Shown piece after piece: positions 1-12,393 of a stretch of DNA of 64,000 nt. The position numbers and the translations under genes were made by a program. The notes beneath the pieces are model-generated. The model was not told where the DNA came from. It saw only the letters and a program-made list of their open reading frames with translations, and did not search any database. Position 1 is the first letter of the stretch. The number at the start of each line of letters is the position of its first letter. Source of the stretch: Eledone cirrhosa (Eukaryota); the NCBI GenBank assembly GCA_964016885.1, contig OZ024765.1, forward strand, positions 4,588,001 through 4,652,000. Reading direction: 5' to 3'.

Positions 1-246
1 AGACATACACACACACTCACACACACACACACAGAGCTATATATATAATATCTAAAAAGATAAGACATCAGTCATTATTAAATTATACTGGTATAACAGT
101 GAACAGAACTCCCTCCAGCCATATTCCAGAAATTATATTCTTTCTATTATACAATTTCTTAATGTTAAATCTATTTATTTCTTGAAATTGTAATTTAATA
201 CATTTCAGGAATTTGGGGATAATTCTCTTGAGCAACTCAAGTTTAC

Positions 247-443
247 CTGCTCTCTTTTCTTCTTCAGTAGTCATATCATTATCATCATCATCATTATCAT
301 CATTATCATTATCATCATTATTATTATCATCATTATCATCATTATCATCATTATTATCATTATCATCATCATTATCATCATCATCATCATTATCATCATC
401 ATTATCATCATCATCATTATCATCACCATCACCATTATCACCC
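247..443 (-). CDS. Candidate Asp/Asn-rich exon of an unknown gene
   Basis: Minus strand: cttaccag|GGGTGAT...GAAAAGAGAGCAG|gtaaac. Open frame GDNGDGDDND...DMTTEEEKRA. It could equally be a (GAT/AAT)n microsatellite with chance splice sites. Confidence 0.25.
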
Positions 444-500
444 CTGGTAAGAATGGGCTGGACCACTACATATAAATAGTAGTGGCCTGAGTAAGTGGGC

Positions 501-1562
501 AAGTTGGTACTAGTTCCACAGTTGGTGTGTTGATAGTCAAAGTTGGTACTAGTTCCACAGTTGGTGTGTTGATAGTCAAAGTTGGTACTAGTTCCACAGT
601 TGGTGTGTTGATAGTCAAAGTTGGTACTAGTTCCACAGTTGGTGTGTTGATAGTCAAAGTTGGTACTAGTTCCACAGTTGGTGTGTTGATAGTCAAAGTT
701 GGTACTAGTTCCACAGTTGGTGTGTTGATAGTCAAAGTTGGTACTAGTTCCACAGTTGGTGTGTTGGTAGTCAAAGTTGGTACTAGTTCCACAGTTGGTA
801 TTAGTTCCACAGTTGGTCTGTTGTTAGTCAAAGTTGGTACTAGTTCCACAGTTACTGTGTTGATAGTCAAAGTTGGTACTAGTTCCACAGTTGGTGTGTT
901 GATAGTCAAAGTTGGTACTAGTTCCACAGTTGGTGTGTTGGTAGTCAAAGTTGGTACTAGTTCCACAGTTGGTATTAGTTCCACAGTTGGTCTGTTGTTA
1001 GTCAAAGTTGGTACTAGTTCCACAGTTACTGTGTTGATAGTCAAAGTTGGTACTAGTTCCACAGTTGGTGTGTTGATAGTCAAAGTTGGTACTAGTTCCA
1101 CAGTTGGTGTGTTGATAGTCAAAGTTGGTACTAGTTCCACAGTTGGTGTGTTGATAGTCAAAGTTGGTACTAGTTCCACAGTTGGTGTGTTGATAGTCAA
1201 AGTTGGTACTAGTTCCACAGTTGGTGTGTTGATAGTCAAAGTTGGTACTAGTTCCACAGTTGGTGTGTTGGTAGTCAAAGTTGGTACTAGTTCCACAGTT
1301 GGTGTGTTGATAGTCAAAGTTGGTACTAGTTCCACAGTTGGTGTGTTGATAGTCAAAGGTGGTACTAGTTCCACAGTTGGTACTAGTTCCACAGTTGGTG
1401 TGTTGATAGTCAAAGTTGGTACTAGTTCCACAGTTGGTGTGTTGATAGTCAAAGTTGGTACTAGTTCCACAGTTGGTGTGTTGATAGTCAAAGTTGGTAC
1501 TAGTTCCACAGTTGGTGTGTTGATAGTCAAAGTTGGTACTAGTTCCACAGTTGGTGTGTTGG
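501..1562. repeat. 39-bp minisatellite, about 27 copies
   Basis: Unit aagttggtactagttccacagttggtgtgttgatagtca (starts at 501, 540...), with occasional 18-bp sub-repeat insertions. Confidence 0.97.
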
Positions 1563-2104
1563 ATTGTTTGTTCCATTACATGTGGTTATTGCCGTTTGTT
1601 TCGATTATATTGTTATTACACTGTTGCAGTGTATTTGTTTATCCCTCAGAAGACTGTTACCCAGGGTAAGATGCCGTGTTGTGAGACTAAACCCAGAACC
1701 ACATAGTTGTGAACCTCACTCTTTAACCACACAGCCAGATTATTGTAGTTAGACTCCATCACCACCTTTATCCCTCCCCACTTCTCGATTCATTACAATT
1801 CTAGACTGTTCTCTTCATTAGTATTACAAGAACAAAAAACAATTTAACATAACTTAAAAAAATAAAACCGAAAAAAAAAATATTGAACACATCCATTTTC
1901 TCTAATCTATTATCAGTTTCTTCTTTAACTCTAAAAATCTATTGATTTATTTTAACTTGTGGCAAAACAACCAAAATTATTGCCAAAGTGTGTTAAATTA
2001 CTAAAGAAACTTTAAATATATTCTGTTAGTGTTGATGGGAATATATAGCAAACATAAAAAACACCATAATGTCTATATATAAATTTCTGCGATTCTGTCA
2101 CAAC

Positions 2105-2468
2105 ATGTAAAGAGAGAGGGGTAGTTTGACTACCTCATGCTACTCCTCTCTTGTTACATCTGTTGCCTGTGTGAAAGATGTAAAGAGAGAGGGGTAGTTT
2201 GACTACCTCATGCTACTCCTCTCTTGTTACATCTGCTGCCTGTGTGAAAGATGTAAAGAGAGAGGGGTAGTTTGACTACCTCGTGCTACTCCTCTCTTGT
2301 TACATCTGCTGCCTGTGTGAAAGATGTAAAGAGAGAGAGGTAGTTTGACTACCTCATGCTACTCCTCTCTTGTTACATCTGCTGCCTGTGTCAAAGATGT
2401 AAAGAGAGAGGCGTAGTTTGACTACCACATGCTACTCCTCTCTTGTTACATCTGCTGCCTGTGTGAAT
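2105..2468. repeat. 73-bp tandem repeat, 5 copies, each unit an imperfect hairpin
   Basis: Units at 2105, 2178, 2251, 2324 and 2397. atgtaa-agagagaggggtag pairs with ctactcctctct-tg-ttacat. Confidence 0.95.
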
Positions 2469-2790
2469 GTATGTGTGTGTAAAAGGAAGGAAGGGGATGG
2501 TGAAAAAACTATAGCAAAATAGTGGCTGGTGTTCCATTTGTTATGCTGTGTATGTGAATGTATGTGTGTGTTTGTGTGAATGTATGCGTGTGTTTGTCTG
2601 AATGTGACTGTGTGTGTGTGTGCGAATGTATGTGTGTTTGTGTGTGTTAGTGACTGTATGTGTGGGTGTTTGTATGAATGCATGTCTGTGAGTGTGTATT
2701 TTTGTGTGTGTGTCTGTGTTTGTACATTTATATTTATATACTCATACATATAAATGTAAGCATGTGTACATACACACATACACACACACA

Positions 2791-2838
<48 letters not shown>

Positions 2839-3186
2839 CACATACACACACATACACATACACACACACATACACACATACATCAGTGTATGGAAAAAAA
2901 TCTTAGTATGTAAAATTACTAAAGAAACTTAAAATATATTCTGTTATTGGTTGTTTCAAACTACTAACGAGTGACTACAACGAAACTACACACAGTCTAA
3001 TTGACAATTCAGTTATTATTTATAGACATTTAACCTAGTCCACTTTTAGTTACGCGGGGGTGTTCAGGGTTTTTTTCCTACAACAAAGTTCCTATCAATA
3101 ATTAAGTATATATATTATTTGTAGTTATATTTTTTCATTCTGTAAAAATTGTAAACAATTGATAATACTATTTATGATTGGCAGAT

Positions 3187-3385
3187 GGCGGTGGACTGGC
3201 AGTATCGGTAGATGGTCGGACGCCATGCTTTGACGCATAGAGTTATGGCCCTTGCCATTCTGAGTTCAAATCCTGCCGAGGTTAACTTTGCCTTTCATCC
3301 TTACGGGGGTCGATAAAATAAAGTACCAGTAATGCACTGGGGTAATTGCTGGCCTTGTGCCAAAAGTGGAAACAATTATTATTTA
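3187..3385 (+). mobile_element. tRNA-derived SINE family B (Meta-domain-like core)
   Basis: A-box-like TGGCAGTATCGG, B-box GAGTTCAAATCC, core GCCTTTCATCCTTACGGGG(G)TCGATAAAATAAAGTACC and (TTA)n tail. More than 10 copies in the window. Confidence 0.85.
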
Positions 3386-3696
3386 TACAACTGGGAATGA
3401 AACAATTCTTAGCTTTCAAAACAAAACAAAACTTAATTATATTCTGATCATTTAACAAACAGTTTTGTATACAATATTTGAAGGGGTTGCACAGGCGCAA
3501 ACGTAGAGGAAATTGTCCACCTAACTGCCACCCAATTCAATGCCTCCATCTCTCCATTTGGTGAGCAAATGGGGTCCCATGTACTGGCCTCCCCACAGCC
3601 CCAGCAGACAGAATAGAGCAGGCGTTTCCCCGGAGGATGGCAAGGGAGACGCGCTGGAAGAGCCATTCCATCTCGCGAGGCTCACACCTGCGGCTG

Positions 3697-4768
3697 GCCA
3701 TCTCAGCGCCTATGGTGGTTAGTAGGGAGGTAGCCCTAGGGCCAAGGACACCAGAAGTCTCTACTGCTAGGCGTAGCCATCTCAGCCCCTATGGTGGTGA
3801 GTAGGGAGGTAGCCCTAGGACCAAGGACACCAGAAGTCTCTACTGCTAGGCGTAGCCAACACAGCGCCTATGGTGGTGAGTAGGGAGGTAGCCCTAGGGC
3901 CAAGGACACCAGAAGTCTCTACTGCTAGGCGTAGCCATCTCAGCGCCTATGGTGGTTAGTAGGGAGGTAGCCCTAGGGCCAAGGACACCAGAAGTCTCTA
4001 CTGCTAGGCGTAGCCATCTCAGCGCCTATGGTGGTGAGTAGGGAGGTAGCCCTAGGGCCAAGGACACCAGAAGTCTCTACTGCTAGGCGTAGCCATCTCA
4101 GCGCCTATGGTGGTGAGTAGGGAGGTAGCCCTAGGGCCAAGGACACCAGAAGTCTCTACTGCTAGGCGTAGCCATCTCAGCGCCTATGGTGGTTAGTAGG
4201 GAGGTAGCCCTAGGGCCAAGGACACCAGAAGTCTCTACTGCTAGGCGTAGCCATCTCAGCGCCTATGGTGGTGAGTAGGGAGGTAGCCCTAGGGCCAAGG
4301 ACACCAGAAGTCTCTACTGCTAGGCGTAGCCATCTCAGCGCCTATGGTGGTGAGTAGGGAGGTAGCCCTAGGGCCAAGGACACCAGAAGTCTCTACTGCT
4401 AGGCGTAGCCATCTCAGCGCCTATGGTGGTGAGTAGGGAGGTAGCCCTAGGGCCAAGGACACCAGAAGTCTCTACTGCTAGGCGTAGCCATCTCAGCGCC
4501 TATGGTGGTGAGTAGGGAGGTAGCCCTAGGGCCAAGGACACCAGAAGTCTCTACTGCTAGGCGTAGCCAACACAGCGCCTATGGTGGTGAGTAGGGAGGT
4601 AGCCCTAGGGCCAAGGACACCAGAAGTCTCTACTGCTAGGCATAGCCATCTCAGCCCCTATGGTGGTGAGTAGGGAGGTAGCCCTAGGGCCAAGGACACC
4701 AGAAGTCTCTACTGCTAGGCGTAGCCATCTCAGCGCCTATGGTGGTGAGTAGGGAGGTAGCCCCAGGG
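3697..4768. repeat. 79-bp GC-rich minisatellite, about 13.5 copies
   Basis: Unit gccatctcagcgcctatggtggtgagtagggaggtagccctagggccaaggacaccagaagtctctactgctaggcgta (starts 3697, 3776...). Confidence 0.97.
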
Positions 4769-4865
4769 TCAAAATATATTCTGTTAGTGTTAATGTGAAT
4801 ATATACAGCAATCATGAGAAACACCAGAATATATGTTAACCCTTTAACATTTAAACAGGCACACA

Positions 4866-7180
4866 TATTTTACAGGTGACTCTCCTGTGACTGTTTGAAG
4901 GGGAAGAGTTTTTCAGCCCCTCTCACCGTCCATGCCCACCCCTCGCACACATTCACAGGTAACTCTCTCCTGTGACTGTTTGAAGGGGAAGAGTTTTTCA
5001 GCCCCTCTCACCGTCCATGCCCACCCCTCGCACACATTCACAGGTAACTCTCTCCTGTGACTGTTTGAAGGGGAAGAGTTTTTCAGCCCCTCTCACCGTC
5101 CATGCCCACCCCTCGCACACATTCACAGGTAACTCTCTCCTGTGACTGTTTGAAGGGGAAGAGTTTTTCAGCCCCTCTCACCGTCCATGCCCACCCCTCG
5201 CACACATTCACAGGTAACTCTCTCCTGTGACTGTTTGAAGGGGAAGAGTTTTTCAGCCCCTCTCACCGTCCATGCCCACCCCTCGCACACATTCACAGGT
5301 AACTCTCTCCTGTGACAGTTTGAAGGGGAAGAGTTTTTCAGCCCCTCTCACCGTCCATGCCCACCCCTCGCACACATTCACAGGTAACTCTCTCCTGTGA
5401 CAGTTTGAAGGGGAAGAGTTTTTCAGCCCCTCTCACCGTCCATGCCCACCCCTCGCACACATTCACAGGTAACTCTCTCCTGTGACAGTTTGAAGGGGAA
5501 GAGTTTTTCAGCCCCTCTCACCGTCCATGCCCACCCCTCGCACACATTCACAGGTAACTCTCTCCTGTGACAGTTTGAAGGGGAAGAGTTTTTCAGCCCC
5601 TCTCACCGTCCATGCCCACCCCTCGCACACATTCACAGGTAACTCTCTCCTGTGACAGTTTGAAGGGGAAGAGTTTTTCAGCCCCTCTCACCGTCCATGC
5701 CCACCCCTCGTACACATTCACAGGTAACTCTCTCCTGTGACTGTTTGAAGGGGAAGAGTTTTTCAGCCCCTCTCACCGTCCATGCCCACCCCTCGCACAC
5801 ATTCACAGGTAACTCTCTCCTGTGACAGTTTGAAGGGGAAGAGTTTTTCAGCCCCTCTCACCGTCCATGCCCACCCCTCGCACACATTCACAGGTAACTC
5901 TCTCCTGTGACAGTTTGAAGGGGAAGAGTTTTTCAGCCCCTCTCACCGTCCATGCCCACCCCTCGCACACATTCACAGGTAACTCTCTCCTGTGACAGTT
6001 TGAAGGGGAAGAGTTTTTCAGCCCCTCTCACCGTCCATGCCCACCCCTCGCACACATTCACAGGTAACTCTCTCCTGTGACAGTTTGAAGGGGAAGAGTT
6101 TTTCAGCCCCTCTCACCGTCCATGCCCACCCCTCGCACACATTCACAGGTAACTCTCTCCTGTGACAGTTTGAAGGGGAAGAGTTTTTCAGCCCCTCTCA
6201 CCGTCCATGCCCACCCCTCGCACACATTCACAGGTAACTCTCTCCTGTGACAGTTTGAAGGGGAAGAGTTTTTCAGCCCCTCTCACCGTCCATGCCCACC
6301 CCTCGCACACATTCACAGGTAACTCTCTCCTGTGACAGTTTGAAGGGGAAGAGTTTTTCAGCCCCTCTCACCGTCCATGCCCACCCCTCGCACACATTCA
6401 CAGGTAACTCTCTCCTGTGACTGTTTGAAGGGGAAGAGTTTTTCAGCCCCTCTCACCGTCCATGCCCACCCCTCGCACACATTCACAGGTAACTCTCTCC
6501 TGTGACAGTTTGAAGGGGAAGAGTTTTTCAGCCCCTCTCACCGTCCATGCCCACCCCTCGCACACATTCACAGGTAACTCTCTCCTGTGACAGTTTGAAG
6601 GGGAAGAGTTTTTCAGCCCCTCTCACCGTCCATGCCCACCCCTCGCACACATTCACAGGTAACTCTCTCCTGTGACAGTTTGAAGGGGAAGAGTTTTTCA
6701 GCCCCTCTCACCGTCCATGCCCACCCCTCGCACACATTCACAGGTAACTCTCTCCTGTGACAGTTTGAAGGGGAAGAGTTTTTCAGCCCCTCTCACCGTC
6801 CATGCCCACCCCTCGCACACATTCACAGGTAACTCTCTCCTGTGACAGTTTGAAGGGGAAGAGTTTTTCAGCCCCTCTCACCGTCCATGCCCACCCCTCG
6901 CACACATTCACAGGTAACTCTCTCCTGTGACAGTTTGAAGGGGAAGAGTTTTTCAGCCCCTCTCACCTTCCATGCCCACCCCTCGCACACATTCACAGGT
7001 AACTCTCTCCTGTGACAGTTTGAAGGGGAAGAGTTTTTCAGCCCCTCTCACCTTCCATTCCGACCTCTCACACACATTTACAGGTAACTCTCTCCTGTGA
7101 CTGTTTGAAGGGGAAGAGTTTTTCAGCCCTCTCACCTTCCATGCCCACCTCTCACACACATTTTACAGGTGACTCTCCTG
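4866..7180. repeat. 85-bp minisatellite, about 27 near-identical copies
   Basis: Unit cacattcacaggtaactctctcctgtga(c/a)...gaaggggaagagtttttcagcccctctcaccgtccatgcccacccctcgca. Period 85 (4901, 4986...). Confidence 0.97.
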
Positions 7181-7432
7181 TGGAGGTGTGTGGCCTAGTG
7201 GTAAGGGTGTTGGACGTACAATCACAATGTCATGGGTTAGATTCCTGGATTGGGTTACATGTTGTGTTCTTGAGCAAAACACTTCATTTCATGATATTCA
7301 GCAAAAAATGTGTACCAGCAATAGCTGGATAGCTAACCCTGTGATGGACTGGTGTCCTGTCCAGGGGGAATATTGTATTCTCAGTCACTTCACACCATGG
7401 AAACCGGGATAAATATTAGACAGACTTTAACT
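7181..7432 (+). mobile_element. tRNA-derived SINE family C (CORE-like plus V-domain-like motif)
   Basis: TGGCCTAGTGG A box, GTGTTCTTGAGCAAAACACTT and AACCCTGTGATGGACTGGTGTCCTGTCCAGGGGG. Related copies at 35138-35385, 47890-48260 and 62376-62500. Confidence 0.8.
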
Positions 7433-7433
7433 T

Positions 7434-7647
7434 TTAACCCTTTAGCATTTAAACAAGCCATGTCCAGCCAGAATTCTTACACCTCTTTCTGTTCAAACTG
7501 GTCATAAATAAATACTCATACTTATGTTAAGGTATTGTTCTCAAAATAAATAATATCAAAACCTCATAGATACAATATTATGTGAGATAGTGTTTACCAT
7601 GGAAATACAATAGTAGATATAGAGTAATGTGAATATTAAAGGGTTAA
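7434..7647. mobile_element. piggyBac-type MITE
   Basis: TTAA-CCCTTTA...TAAAGGG-TTAA (TTAA target duplication and CCC/GGG ends). The internal sequence is shared with 28560-28875, 32244-32469 and 50254-50480. Confidence 0.85.
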
Positions 7648-7918
7648 ATTACTGAAGAAACTAGCTTTTATTCTGTTAGTGTTGTTTTCAATAGATATAG
7701 AGGCATGAGAATTACTATCAGATAAAATATATTCACCAATTTTTGTAAACTGACAAACACTTAGGTTGAGCTGACTTCTGAATTATCTAGAATTAGACTA
7801 GCTATCTAAAATATTTTCTAAATAACAACACTAGCCTAAGCTAGACTATAAGCTAATATATTTATATTTTATCATTAGTTTTTATTCTTTAATCATCAAA
7901 AATTATATATGTATATAT

Positions 7919-8309
7919 CATCATCATCATCATCGTCATTTTACGTCCGCTTTTTTCCTGCTTGCAAGGGTGGGACGGGAACTGATTCTGGCTTGGTTTC
8001 TACAGCTGGATGCCCTTCTTAACACCAACCTCATTTACAGTGAGTGCTGGGTACTTTTTTGCCGTGGCACCTCCACGACCACTTTACAGTGAGTGCTGGG
8101 TGCTTTTTTGCCGTGGCACCTCCACGACCACTTTGCAGTGGAATGATAGGGACCCAGTCCCTATCATCTCATTTCTACAGCTGAGTAAACTGGAGCAATG
8201 TGAAATAAAGTGTCTTGCTCAAGGAAACAACACATCACCTGGTCTGAGAATTGAACTCACAACCTTTCGATTGCAAGGCCAATGCTCTAACCACTAAGCC
8301 ATGTGCTCC
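7919..8309 (-). mobile_element. Full-length SINE family A (tRNA head, CORE-like body, RTE-type tail, (GAT)n)
   Basis: Minus strand: TGGCTTAGTGG...GAGTTCAATTC, TCCTTGAGCAAGACACTT, hairpin atgatagggac/gtccctatcat, tail CCCTTGCAAGCAGGAAAAAAGCGGACGTAAAA(TGA)n. Near-identical copies at 31155-31477 and 53065-53375. Confidence 0.88.
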
Positions 8310-8339
8310 ATATATATATATATATATACACATATATAA

Positions 8340-8386
<47 letters not shown>

Positions 8387-8533
8387 AGTGTGTGTGTATA
8401 TATTTATATATATATATACACACGTATATATATATATATGGGGAACGGGCAGTCGATTCAAGAACACGTCTTGTCCATTCCCTCATCGTTTCAATTTGCA
8501 TTGCCTCGGGAACATAACCTTATTATATAAGAA

Positions 8534-8608
8534 GCTGTCTGATGAGATCATGGCACTGGGTACACGGAATCGCGTGGCCACTGTTGTCATTGAAATATGT
8601 ATCACAGC
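8534..8608 (+). ncRNA. Minimal type-I hammerhead ribozyme motif
   Basis: GCTGT-CTGATGA-[stem II including ATGGCA/TGTCAT]-GAAA-T-ATGT-A-TC|ACAGC. Stem I GCTGT/ACAGC is perfect. Predicted cut after 8603. Confidence 0.7.
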
Positions 8609-8646
8609 ATTATCAAGAAAGGACTTTAACATCTGAAACTACTTTG

Positions 8647-8700
<54 letters not shown>

Positions 8701-8706
<6 letters not shown>

Positions 8707-8818
8707 TACACAAAGAGAAGTGCGTTACACAGTGAGATATGTGTAAAGAATTATTACAAGTGTAATAATTCTTTACACACATCTCACTGTGTAACACACT
8801 TCTCTTTGTGTAATATAT
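8701..8818. repeat. Fold-back palindrome, 58-bp arms, 2-nt spacer
   Basis: 8701-8758 is the reverse complement of 8761-8818 with 2 mismatches. Confidence 0.92.
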
Positions 8819-8918
8819 TTGCATTTGAGCTCAGAAGAAAATTCTCTATTCTTCTTTGAGCTAATAGTATTATTATTATTATTACAGTGAACTGCGGAAT
8901 ACTCTTAATTCCGGTCTT

Positions 8919-8986
<68 letters not shown>

Positions 8987-9289
8987 TAGGAAGGGCATCG
9001 AACTCTGTAGAATCCGAGCCAATATCAGTTCTGTGTGAGCAAATCCTGGTCCCCCAACCTGATCCCTCAGAAAGGGACAGCCTGCCCTACCCATGCTTGT
9101 GTGGAAGATGAACTGTTGGAAAGGAGTTCAAACACGTTAAGAGAAGTTATCTCATCCGTGGCACTGGAATCCATGCATGTTAGGACATGTTATCTCATCT
9201 ATGGCACTGAAGAGGTTAAACATACCGTATATCATTAGTTATGGGACATATCATATATCATTAGTTATGGGATATACTGTATATCATTT

Positions 9290-10465
9290 CCATATTTCTA
9301 ATGAAAGACACTGTCTATGTCTCTAACCCTTCCATTACCATATCTCTAATGAAAGACACTGTCTATGTCTTTAACCCTTTCATTACCATATTTCTAAGGA
9401 AAGACACTGTCTATGTCATTAACCCTTTCATTACCATATTTCTAATGAAAGACACTGTCTATGTCTTTAACCCTTTCATTACCATATTTCTAATGAAAGA
9501 CACTGTCTATGTCTTTAACCCTTTCATTACCATATTTCTAATGAAAGACACTGTCTATGTCTTTAACCCTTTCATTACCATATTTCTAAGGAAAGACACT
9601 GTCTATGTCATTAACCCTTTCATTACCATATTTCTAATGAAAGACACTGTCTATGTCTTTAACCCTTTCATTACCATATTTCTAATGAAAGACACTGTCT
9701 ATGTCTTTAACCCTTCCATTACCATATTTCTAATGAAAGACACTGCCTATGTCTTTAACCCTTCCATTACCATATTTCTAATGAAAGACACTGTCTATGT
9801 CATTAACCCTTTCATTACCATATTTCTAATGAAAGACACTGTCTATGTCTTTAACCCTTCCATTACCATATTTCTAATGAAAGACACTGTCTATGTCTTT
9901 AACCCTTCCATTACCATATTTCTAATGAAAGACACTGTCTATGTCTTTAACCCTTTCATTACCATATTTCTAATGAAAGACACTGTCTATGTCTTTAACC
10001 CTTTCATTACCATATTTCTAATGAAAGACACTGTCTATGTCATTAACCCTTTCATTACCATATTTCTAATGAAAGACACTGTCTATGTCTTTAACCCTTT
10101 CATTACCATATTTCTAATGAAAGACACTGTCTATGTCTTTAACCCTTTCATTACCATATTTCTAATGAAAGACACTGTCTATGTCTTTAACCCTTTCATT
10201 ACCATATTTCTAATGAAAGACACTGTCTATGTCATTAACCCTTTCATTACCATATTTCTAATGAAAGACACTGTCTATGTCATTAACCCTTTCATTACCA
10301 TATTTCTAATGAAAGACACTGTCTATGTCTTTAACCCTTTTATTACCATATTTCTAATGAAAGACACTGTCTATGTCATTAACCCTTTCATTACCATATT
10401 TCTAATGAAAGACACTGTCTATGTCTTTAACCCTTTCATTACCATATTTCTAATGAAAGACACTA
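9290..10465. repeat. 48-bp minisatellite, about 24 copies, containing a TTAACCCTTT piggyBac-like end
   Basis: Unit atgaaagacactgtctatgtctttaaccctttcattaccatatttcta. Confidence 0.96.
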
Positions 10466-10636
10466 TATATTTATCAACCTTTTTGTTACCAAGAGAGGCC
10501 TTGTGTCAGTGTGCCACTCTTGCCACTGTGCCATGTGTTTAGGGTCCTTCACAAAGGCTGTAACTATCGTGTAGCAAGATAAAAATGTTACAAGATTAAG
10601 TCATCCCATCTTGTTTTATATATCTAGTTTATTTAA

Positions 10637-10816
10637 TAATTGTTTCTACTTTTGGCACAAGGCCAGCAATTACCCAGTGCATTACTGGTACTTTATTTTA
10701 TCGACCCCGTAAGGATGAAAGGCAAAGTTAACCTCGGCGGGACTTGGACTCAGATCGTAAAGGGACGTAACTCTATGCTACAAAGCTTGGTGTCCGACCC
10801 TCTACCGATACTGCCA
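10637..10816 (-). mobile_element. SINE family B
   Basis: Reverse complement of the 3187-3385 family. Confidence 0.85.
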
Positions 10817-10878
10817 TTAATAATGGAATATAACCTTTGGAGGTGGTGTCCTAGCAGCCTAATAACTGAAACATGTCA

Positions 10879-10911
<33 letters not shown>

Positions 10912-11255
10912 TATACACAGACCAGACATATATATATATGTGTATGTGTATAAAAGTCACATGCACTCACATATATATATGTGTGTGTGCGTATGCATAT
11001 ACAGATATATACATATATATCCATCCATGCATACACATATTTGCATATACGCACACACATACACACACACATACACACACATACACACACATATACACAC
11101 ACGCACGCACACATACACACACGCACACATTCAGTCTGTAAAAATAATCATTTTATTATTAGTCTGTTATCCATCATCCTGTTCATATAACCCACAATTC
11201 AATGCAAAATTACCATAAAGCCCCTTACCACCCCCCACCCCACCCCTTCCAGAAG

Positions 11256-11806
11256 ACAACAACAACAACAACAACAACACAAAAAATCAAAAAATATACA
11301 ACAAAGCAAAAATACACACAAACAAACAAGCAAAAAAATAAATAAATAAAACCACCACCACAACAACAACAACAACAACAACAAGAACAACCACAGCAAC
11401 AACTACAACTACAACTACAGCGACAATAACAACTACTACTATTGCAACAACAACAACAACAACATCTGCAAGAACAACAACATCATCAGAATCACCACCA
11501 ACTACAACAACAACAACATCACCAACAACAACATCATCATCATCACCACCAACATCAACTACAACATCAAAAACAACTACAACAACTACATCAACAACAA
11601 CATCACCACCGACAACTACATCAACATCATCACCACCACCAACAACTACATCAACAACAACAACACCACCACCACCATCAACAACAACTACAACAAGAAC
11701 AACCACAGCAACTACAACTACAGCGACAATAACAACTACTACTATTGCAACAACAATAACAACAACATCTGCAAGAACAACATCATCATCAGAATCACCA
11801 CCAACT

Positions 11807-11839
<33 letters not shown>

Positions 11840-12073
11840 TCATCATCACCACCAACATCAACTACAACATCAAAAACAACTACAACAACTACATCAACAA
11901 CAACATCACCACCGACAACAACTACATCAACAACAACAACACCACCACCACCATCAACAACAACTACAACAGCAACTACAACAACTACAGCGACAATAAC
12001 AACTACTACTATTGCAACAACAACAACAACAACATCTGCAAGAACAACATCATCATCAGAATCACCACCAACT

Positions 12074-12109
<36 letters not shown>

Positions 12110-12278
12110 TCATCATCACCACCAACATCAACTACAACATCAAAAACAACTACAACAACTACATCAACAACAACATCACCACCGACAACTACATCATCAT
12201 CACCACCACCAACAACTACATCAACAACAACACCACCACCACCACCATCATCAACAACATCTACAACAACAACTACAG
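11256..12278. repeat. Degenerate (CAA/CAC/CAT)n tract with about 300-bp higher-order duplication
   Basis: The motif cagcgacaataacaactactactattgc recurs at about 11418, 11721 and 11988. Confidence 0.9.
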
Positions 12279-12393
12279 GAAACATGAAATGAAAAGCACC
12301 TACTTCTTAAAACTTTCATTCATATTATTTTTTAAATGAGTGCAAAAGAAACTTCTAGAAAATATAATTCAAAAATAACAGAAACAACTTGGC

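Noticed and set aside
466-1669. 360-aa and 380-aa ORFs on opposite strands
   Set aside because: They are products of a stop-free 39-bp repeat and show no non-repetitive domain.
3697-7180. CRISPR-like regular arrays
   Set aside because: Units are contiguous with no unique spacers, there are no cas genes, and the context is eukaryotic.
8235-8309. tRNA gene
   Set aside because: The A/B boxes belong to a SINE head that continues into the SINE body, and no complete cloverleaf is evident.
9207-9240. Hammerhead at CTGAAGA-GGT..ACC
   Set aside because: GAAA is absent (GTAT) and there is no stem I.
9301-10542. 413-aa ORF (MKDTVYVFNPFITIFL)n
   Set aside because: Translation of a 48-bp minisatellite.
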